Virus record (IMG/VR): IMGVR_UViG_3300003322_000730
Coordinates: 13,100 to 77,099 of that record
Strand: one strand, 5' to 3'
DNA from: a virus
Length of the DNA: 64,000 bases
Below the pieces are notes generated by a model. It was not told the origin of the DNA, did no database searches, and was given only the letters and a program-made list of their open reading frames with translations. Position 1 is the first letter of the stretch, and each line of letters starts with the position of its first letter. The translations under genes and the position numbers were made by a program. Of the stretch, positions 58,546-64,000 are shown piece by piece.

Positions 58546-58590
58546 CAAATGTAGGTAAAAGTTAGCAAATATTACTAAAACTTTTGCCTA
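58546..58590 (-). promoter_or_regulatory. Leftward promoter (TACATTTG) overlapped by TAGGYAAAAGTT inverted repeat
   Basis: TAGGTAAAAGTT 58552-58563 and AACTTTTGCCTA 58579-58590. Confidence 0.65.
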
Positions 58591-58594
58591 TATT

Positions 58595-59584
58595 TCATTG
58601 TACCAGCCGGCTTAAATAATCCAGCTTTTGCTTGCTGGGGAACCGGCTTCTGTAGTGTTCTGTTGTGGATATTTTTGAGTGGCCCAGGGCCTCCGAAACA
58701 ACCACCATAGGCACTTCTTCTTGCAGCAGGTGGTTGGTAAAGCTGTGACGTGCCGTGTAGCTTCTGAGATCTCCTTTCAGCCCCAGATCATCCCCGATCT
58801 GCTTCATGGCTTTGTTCATCAACAGGATGAAGTACTTCTTCTTGTCCTCCATCTCAATGGGCGTCATGCTGTCGGTGAATATCGGGAACAGATAAGAATT
58901 TCCGAATGTAGTGCTGCCCCATCTACTGATAATTTCCAAAGATTTCGGGAATAACACCCCTTCAATCTTGATGATCCTTTTTGATTTCGCCCGGGACTTC
59001 TCGCGGACAAAGACAAATTTCCGTTCTTCCAAGTCGATATTGGTCCATCTCAGAAGACAAATGTCCTTTGCATTCATACCGTTCGAAAAATATGAGAAAA
59101 GCCACATGTCCCGCAGAAACGCCTGCTTACTGTCTACGCATGGATAATCAGCAATCATCTGAATTTCCTCTTTTGTCCGAGGCTGGCGGGTGTTGCTTTC
59201 CGTGGGAACCGTGAAGCCGCCGTTTCCGAATGGATAATGTTCGTACTTCACCAGCCCCTCAATCATTGCTTGGCGGTACATGAACCGGATTTGGTTGACA
59301 TACATGCCAATTGTGGTAATGGATGCAGCGGTTCCCGGGTTTTTGGGGTCATGGCTTTTGTTGAGCTTCCCGTGTTTCAACATCCACGACTCATATTCTT
59401 TCAGCATCTGCTGGGTAATGTCCGCGAAAGTGATCTCACCTTTTCTTTTCTTGAACTTCCAGAACCTTTCCAGTGATCTGGCAGCGCCAGCGGTGATGCT
59501 GGAGTGGCTGAATTTTCCAGCGGCAAAAAGCTCTTCGGATCGGTGGCGCAGACGTGCGGCTATTTTGTGTTTGGTGGGGGTCAT
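58595..59584 (-). CDS. int: Tyrosine recombinase / integrase (SAM-like + catalytic domains)
   Basis: FSYFSNGMNAKD, REKS, YTARHSF, VSEALGHSKISTTEHY; start MTPTKH by ATGA overlap. Confidence 0.92.
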   Translation of the reverse strand: MTPTKHKIAARLRHRSEELFAAGKFSHSSITAGAARSLERFWKFKKRKGEITFADITQQMLKEYESWMLKHGKLNKSHDPKNPGTAASITTIGMYVNQIRFMYRQAMIEGLVKYEHYPFGNGGFTVPTESNTRQPRTKEEIQMIADYPCVDSKQAFLRDMWLFSYFSNGMNAKDICLLRWTNIDLEERKFVFVREKSRAKSKRIIKIEGVLFPKSLEIISRWGSTTFGNSYLFPIFTDSMTPIEMEDKKKYFILLMNKAMKQIGDDLGLKGDLRSYTARHSFTNHLLQEEVPMVVVSEALGHSKISTTEHYRSRFPSKQKLDYLSRLVQ

Positions 59585-59781
59585 GCTTCTCTCACGATTA
59601 TATGATCTGCGTAGCTCCATTCGCACAATAGCCTTGCCTTCCAATTTTCCGCTGCATTCTCGCAAATCGAATCCTCTTCGCGGCTACTAAACCCTTCGGG
59701 GATCTTAACGTCTATCGTTTCCCCATAGTGATGTGAGGAATCTGGGGTTCTTACGGATACTGCTATGGTTAATATTTTCAT
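59581..59781 (-). CDS. Small hypothetical protein coupled to integrase
   Basis: ATGA overlap. Confidence 0.6.
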   Translation of the reverse strand: MKILTIAVSVRTPDSSHHYGETIDVKIPEGFSSREEDSICENAAENWKARLLCEWSYADHIIVREA

Positions 59782-59847
59782 GACACTTTCCTTTTATGAT
59801 AAAATCAGGATTCTCTGAATTTATGATTTAATGATTTAATGGCTGTG

Positions 59848-60339
59848 TTAGATATGTTTCCATGACTTTCGGTTAACAATCATCTTAATTGCATTCTTCG
59901 CTACCCCGAATCTTGACGCCAAGCTTCTCTGAGAATATCCACCAGACTCGTAAAGTTTCCTGATCAACAACACATCGGGGTTGGTTAGTTTTGATGTGTT
60001 CACACGGCTACCGCGAGCTACCAAGCCAGTTGCTGATGCATGAGCCATATTCATCTCATGGTCACACCATTCCAAGTTCCAGTGAGCATTGTTCTCTTTG
60101 TTTCCGTCCAAGTGGTTTACAAATGGGTAACTGTTTGGATTTTCAATGAAGTGTATGGCCACCAACCGATTAACTCGTTTAGAGAATATCCCATCTTTTG
60201 TCCTAAATGTGGCCCTTAAATATCCGCTTTTTAGCCTATTAAGTTTATGCACTCTCCCAGTTGAAGATTTCACTCTGCCCATATTCGAAACATAAAATCC
60301 ATCAAATCCACAAACCTGAGCCCATACCTCATTTTCCAT
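59848..60339 (-). CDS. NUMOD4-HNH homing endonuclease with C-terminal HTH
   Basis: YVSNMGRVKS, VNRLVA, VNHLDGNKENN..NLEWC. Confidence 0.92.
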   Translation of the reverse strand: MENEVWAQVCGFDGFYVSNMGRVKSSTGRVHKLNRLKSGYLRATFRTKDGIFSKRVNRLVAIHFIENPNSYPFVNHLDGNKENNAHWNLEWCDHEMNMAHASATGLVARGSRVNTSKLTNPDVLLIRKLYESGGYSQRSLASRFGVAKNAIKMIVNRKSWKHI

Positions 60340-60352
60340 AATGCTGTAAAAT

Positions 60353-60452
60353 AAAAAAGCTCAGGGATCAGTGGTCGTAGCACATCACCCTAAGCAATTA
60401 AATTTCTTTTATTACATCAGGGCTACGACCTCCTAATGATCAACCAAACTTA
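60353..60452 (-). promoter_or_regulatory. Promoter + kissing-loop attenuator leader of HNH gene
   Basis: TAAGTTTG; hairpin loop GGTCGTAGC complementary to GCTACGACC at the terminator apex; U6 tract. Confidence 0.7.
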
Positions 60453-61097
60453 CTATTCCTCCACCAAAAAACCAAGCCCTACCATAAAAAGGGATACAGT
60501 TTCGGCGACATATGGCACAAGTATGATCAGATACATGTCCTTTGGCGCTCCGAACTGCTCGACATAATGGTAGATCGGGGTGCAAAACGTGGATGAGCTG
60601 TAATAAATGAGCAATCCGCTGAATATCCAGAATACCGGATATGTTAGCAGATTTTGCACTTTTAGCGATTTAAGAAGCCCGTAAAACCAAAGCATTATAT
60701 ACACCAGCATCAACAAGCATTGAAGTGTTGGCGCTATCCTCAAAACGCGCTCCATTCCAGTGTCTATTACGTCAATGCCGTATATGAATAGAAATACGAA
60801 TGACCCAACAAAAACGATTTGCCTGTGCTTATCGATATCAATCGCCTCATAGCACATGCGGGCCAGGATACAGTAACTGATAAGTATAAACGCATTGTAC
60901 AAAAACAGGTTGTTGTGAACCTGCGATGCCATGTACAGCATTACAAACTCAATAACAAGTTTGGAAACGAGGTACAACGTAAAATACTTCTCGATTGATT
61001 TTTTGTAGTCGAGCCGGTAAATCATAACGGCCAGAGGAAAGATAGTTGAAGCGGTCGCCGCCGCCTCAACCGGAAATTTTAGAATGTGTTCGATCAT
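60453..61097 (-). CDS. Seven-transmembrane membrane protein (putative sensor)
   Basis: Seven hydrophobic segments; NNLFLYN and FWIFSGLLIYY motifs; ATGA overlap with upstream gene. Confidence 0.8.
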   Translation of the reverse strand: MIEHILKFPVEAAATASTIFPLAVMIYRLDYKKSIEKYFTLYLVSKLVIEFVMLYMASQVHNNLFLYNAFILISYCILARMCYEAIDIDKHRQIVFVGSFVFLFIYGIDVIDTGMERVLRIAPTLQCLLMLVYIMLWFYGLLKSLKVQNLLTYPVFWIFSGLLIYYSSSTFCTPIYHYVEQFGAPKDMYLIILVPYVAETVSLFMVGLGFLVEE

Positions 61098-61459
61098 GGC
61101 GAGCAGGAATTTGGGCACCTGGTACTAGAACCTCCGCCGCCAGTCTGCGGCGCTCCATCTTTCAGCCCGCATAGCTCAGTAGGAATTTCGAGCCTACGTC
61201 CATCGCTATCAGCCGGCACAATTACTATTCGCAATCCGTTCACATCTCTGCCGAAATCAACCCACACGCCGGAAGATTTGCCTTTGCATTGGCGCATCAA
61301 TTCTTTTAAAAATCGCTTTCCGAAAAACTCAGACCTTGGAGCGCCTTCCCCTGCTGATTCGAGGTAGTTATCTACCCATTGTTTGTGCTGCTCTTTGGAT
61401 ACGATTTCGCCGGATGTTTTTGAAAAATCTGCCATTAGTGGATGCTGTTTAAGTTCCAT
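61094..61459 (-). CDS. Small protein with C-terminal Gly run and CxxxC tail (putative signal/precursor; start may be 61435)
   Basis: GEIVS...W..NY...SEFFG...GVWVDFGRD..G.RIVIVPADSDG...GGGGSSTRCPNSCSP. Confidence 0.75.
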   Translation of the reverse strand: MELKQHPLMADFSKTSGEIVSKEQHKQWVDNYLESAGEGAPRSEFFGKRFLKELMRQCKGKSSGVWVDFGRDVNGLRIVIVPADSDGRRLEIPTELCGLKDGAPQTGGGGSSTRCPNSCSP

Positions 61460-61504
61460 CAAATTTACCTCTGCCGGCGGCGAATGCAAAGCCGGAAAGT
61501 AAGA

Positions 61505-61756
61505 TTACTTCAAGTCGATAAAATCTTCGATCCTCACGGCAAGGCTCATGGGGCTGATGGGTTTGTTGAATGTGAGCATAGATACGTATAATCGCCCAGT
61601 CTTTAAAAATTCATCACGCTCTTCTTCGCTCATTTCCCAGCAAGTAATAATTGTCCCATTCGGGTCGTTGTCAAACCGAAGCAGCGGAAGTGGCAAATAA
61701 ACTTCACTATCTTTTTCTATAATATCGCTCTGGTATTCAAATTCTACTGCTTTCAT
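61505..61756 (-). CDS. Conserved hypothetical phage protein
   Basis: YLPLP...IITCWEMSEEER..FLKTGRLY. Confidence 0.7.
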   Translation of the reverse strand: MKAVEFEYQSDIIEKDSEVYLPLPLLRFDNDPNGTIITCWEMSEEERDEFLKTGRLYVSMLTFNKPISPMSLAVRIEDFIDLK

Positions 61757-61757
61757 A

Positions 61758-61964
61758 TCATTTTGGCTCGTATCCGAGCGATTTAAGTGTTTCACTAACA
61801 TGCATCATTGCATTAAGCACTGAAATGGTTTCAGGATCTTGCAGTCCATTTATAAATCCGTCAAGGCTTTCTCTTGTTGGGCCGGGAAGATGAATATCAA
61901 ACGCTTTATGCACTATTGATGCGTCGGATAAATTATTCGCGAGGTCATTAAGATTCTTTGACAT
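61758..61964 (-). CDS. Hypothetical protein
   Basis: Packed ORF, start MSKNL. Confidence 0.55.
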   Translation of the reverse strand: MSKNLNDLANNLSDASIVHKAFDIHLPGPTRESLDGFINGLQDPETISVLNAMMHVSETLKSLGYEPK

Positions 61965-61966
61965 AA

Positions 61967-62395
61967 TTAGTATTGAATAATAGTAAGAGGCGACTTTTTG
62001 CCAGAAACGTGCTTGCACCTGATTTGCGAGAAGTCAGAGGCTATAAGCGAAAGAACAGACGCTTCTTGCCAGGTTAAAAAGCCATTGAGTGCTGTGAATG
62101 CGGTAGGGTCAGACATTCGGTAAAGGCCAAACGAAAACGGCACCATCAATACTCCGTCGCCGTCGGATTCTTTAAGCAGCAGCTCTTTTGCCTTATCCGC
62201 GCCGAACTGCTCTATCATTTTCGAAATGAATCGCTCACAGTCGTAAAATGCGGCCTTGCTGGATGCTTTGTCGAACCGGGTTGATTCTTTTTCGTCATCA
62301 ATAGTTGCAGAACTGATAGCGAATAGGTAGTTTGAGTAGGCCCGGATCGTCAATTTCAGGTCAACGGGCGTTTGGTTGAGGGTTTCTGTGGTCAT
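61967..62395 (-). CDS. Hypothetical protein
   Basis: 142 aa packed ORF. Confidence 0.6.
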   Translation of the reverse strand: MTTETLNQTPVDLKLTIRAYSNYLFAISSATIDDEKESTRFDKASSKAAFYDCERFISKMIEQFGADKAKELLLKESDGDGVLMVPFSFGLYRMSDPTAFTALNGFLTWQEASVLSLIASDFSQIRCKHVSGKKSPLTIIQY

Positions 62396-62590
62396 TTAAT
62401 TTCTTTGATTGAACACCATTTAATTTTTTCACTCGCGGCTATTTCTTCTTTTGTCATTTCGGATTGCTTTCGAGGCTCGTCGCGAGCGTAATCCCATAGG
62501 TAAATCGTTCCGTTAAGGTTGATTCTGCCGTACAGCTTGCATAATCTTCGTATCCCTCCCATAATCTTCTTTCTGTTTTGTTTTGGTTGG

Positions 62591-62947
62591 TTAGGCTACT
62601 GATAATGGAGCCCATACACGTTTGACATACTCCCATTTTCTGGTTAAATACTCAATAATGCTTGGTACATCTTCCTCTGTTACCAAGTCGATAGTAACAG
62701 GGAAAAATATTCCTTTTCTTTGAAGCATGAAGAATACTTCCATGCGATAAGGTGCTTCTTCGTTCTCATCTTCCGCATCAGATTTTATATCCCATCGAAA
62801 GGGGAAATTGTAGTCTGCATCTGCGTCGCCCCATTCGTCAAGAAATTCTTCCCATGTTGCATGATTTTGTCCCGGCTCGCGAGAATAGAAATTTGCTGTA
62901 TGGCAGTAGTACGGATGATCTGCTGCAAGTTCTTTCAGTGTTTTCAT
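62591..62947 (-). CDS. Conserved hypothetical phage protein
   Basis: HPYYC..NFY...FRWD...FFMLQRKG. Confidence 0.7.
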   Translation of the reverse strand: MKTLKELAADHPYYCHTANFYSREPGQNHATWEEFLDEWGDADADYNFPFRWDIKSDAEDENEEAPYRMEVFFMLQRKGIFFPVTIDLVTEEDVPSIIEYLTRKWEYVKRVWAPLSVA

Positions 62948-63114
62948 CTTGTTATTTGGATTTGGGATTTCCTGCACGCCTCTTCGTCCTTCGCCAGATC
63001 GCTTAGTGGTTTGTAGGTCATGCTATTAGTATCGTTTTTTCTTGAAGTATAGGTTAATGCACAAGCTTATCAGAAAGCCGCAGGCGATTGCCCACCAGTT
63101 TATTTTTTCCATTG

Positions 63115-63402
63115 TCAGTACTTCCCGTTTAAGATGTTTTCCAAATCCTTTTTTGACCAATCGAAAGTCGTCATGTAGCTGTCGTCCCTGAAATCGTGGA
63201 AAGAAGGCTTTGATAAATATCCTCTCCTATTCAATTCGAGCCTTACGGGTTCCGACACTTTATACGGCCAATTAAGAATATGTTGCCGTTGTTTTACCTT
63301 CCTGATGATGGCATTGGCTATGCGATCAAATTCCTTTTCATCCCACGGGCTAACCAATTTGTCAACCTCGCTCGCGTTTGGTAATTCTATTTTATTTCCC
63401 AT
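63115..63402 (-). CDS. Hypothetical protein
   Basis: Start MGNKIE. Confidence 0.6.
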   Translation of the reverse strand: MGNKIELPNASEVDKLVSPWDEKEFDRIANAIIRKVKQRQHILNWPYKVSEPVRLELNRRGYLSKPSFHDFRDDSYMTTFDWSKKDLENILNGKY

Positions 63403-63430
63403 TTTCTTTCTTGTTAAGTCCATCGGGCGG

Positions 63431-63625
63431 TTACCACTTCTCAAACTTATTTTGCAGCATTGATAGGATAGAATGTCCGAGCGGTGTTAAAAAGGTATCC
63501 CACCCGTCTTGAACAATACCAACCTCTGCCAACGCTTTAACATACCCTGAATCGGGCACTGAATTACCTGCTGATTTGTCCTGCTTGATAGTTTTCAGGA
63601 CATTGTACATTACTTTGTCTTCCAT
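63431..63625 (-). CDS. Hypothetical protein
   Basis: 64 aa packed ORF. Confidence 0.6.
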   Translation of the reverse strand: MEDKVMYNVLKTIKQDKSAGNSVPDSGYVKALAEVGIVQDGWDTFLTPLGHSILSMLQNKFEKW

Positions 63626-63636
63626 AATAGGGCGGT

Positions 63637-63831
63637 TTACACTTTCACTTCGCGGACGAGGTCGTAAGGGAGCTGCTTGTTTGAATGAGTTCTTCCATCC
63701 TGCCGATACTTCCTTTCATTGTCTCCCCCAAAAGGAAATATTAGTCGCGGGTTTCCTCGCTTTGCCATTATGCGAACCACTTCACCAGTCCTGGTTTCAT
63801 AGTATTTGCCTAATTCCAGCTTTATGCTCAT
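63637..63831 (-). CDS. Hypothetical phage protein
   Basis: LELGKYYETRTGEVVRI...DLVREV pattern. Confidence 0.65.
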   Translation of the reverse strand: MSIKLELGKYYETRTGEVVRIMAKRGNPRLIFPFGGDNERKYRQDGRTHSNKQLPYDLVREVKV

Positions 63832-64000
63832 AGCTGTTCGGGGTATGGGAGGGGGAGTTCTTCAATGAATTGCGTTGCAGGATAGTACCCAGCGGAATCA
63901 AGTTGATACACCCGTTCGGCGAGCAGTTTGCCTTTTACCTCCTTCACCGCCTCGTTGGCCCAGGATTGAGCAAGCAGTTCGGCGGCAGCTTGCTCCAATC

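Larger units (their letters stand above)
1..64000. mobile_element. Temperate siphovirus-like phage/prophage of Bacteroidota (window lies entirely inside it)
   Basis: Terminase, portal, capsid, tape measure, endolysin, DnaB, RusA, antirepressor and tyrosine integrase in modular order; no host operon; TAnnTTTG promoters. Confidence 0.95.

Noticed and set aside
60453-61097. Viral rhodopsin
   Set aside because: No lysine in helix 7 and no rhodopsin motifs
1-64000. CRISPR array, diversity-generating retroelement or retron
   Set aside because: No regularly spaced short repeats and no reverse transcriptase ORF seen

Overview
The whole window reads as part of a temperate long-tailed (siphovirus-like) phage or prophage of a Bacteroidota host, probably Cytophagales. 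The host call is inferred from TAnnTTTG -7 promoters, A-rich leaders without Shine-Dalgarno, signal peptides with Gln at +1, and Bacteroidota-type DnaN and integrase. No host gene or attachment junction is evident. Layout: 0-4.9 kb small leftward early genes; 4.9-6.0 kb divergent non-coding control region; 6-11 kb rightward accessory genes (ECF sigma factor, MazG-like); 11-13 kb terminase; 13.4-16.7 kb displaced appendage module; 16.9-46.6 kb tail tube, portal, scaffold, capsid, neck, tape measure, tail fibre and three large glycan-active proteins; 46.7-49.6 kb lysis module with a patatin; 49.6-64 kb leftward antirepressor, recombination, replication and integrase genes. Most interesting signals: (1) a coupled small Cys-tailed protein plus 7TM membrane protein near the integrase that looks like a kinase-less signalling module; (2) two sequence-unrelated but architecturally identical promoter / kissing-loop / terminator leaders; (3) a structured late leader whose 5' end can pair locally or with an identical 13-mer in front of the capsid gene 4 kb away; (4) three tRNA-shaped RNAs, none with a canonical anticodon loop; (5) two identical A10 slippage sites. 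All functional calls come from motifs read by eye; no database searches were run.
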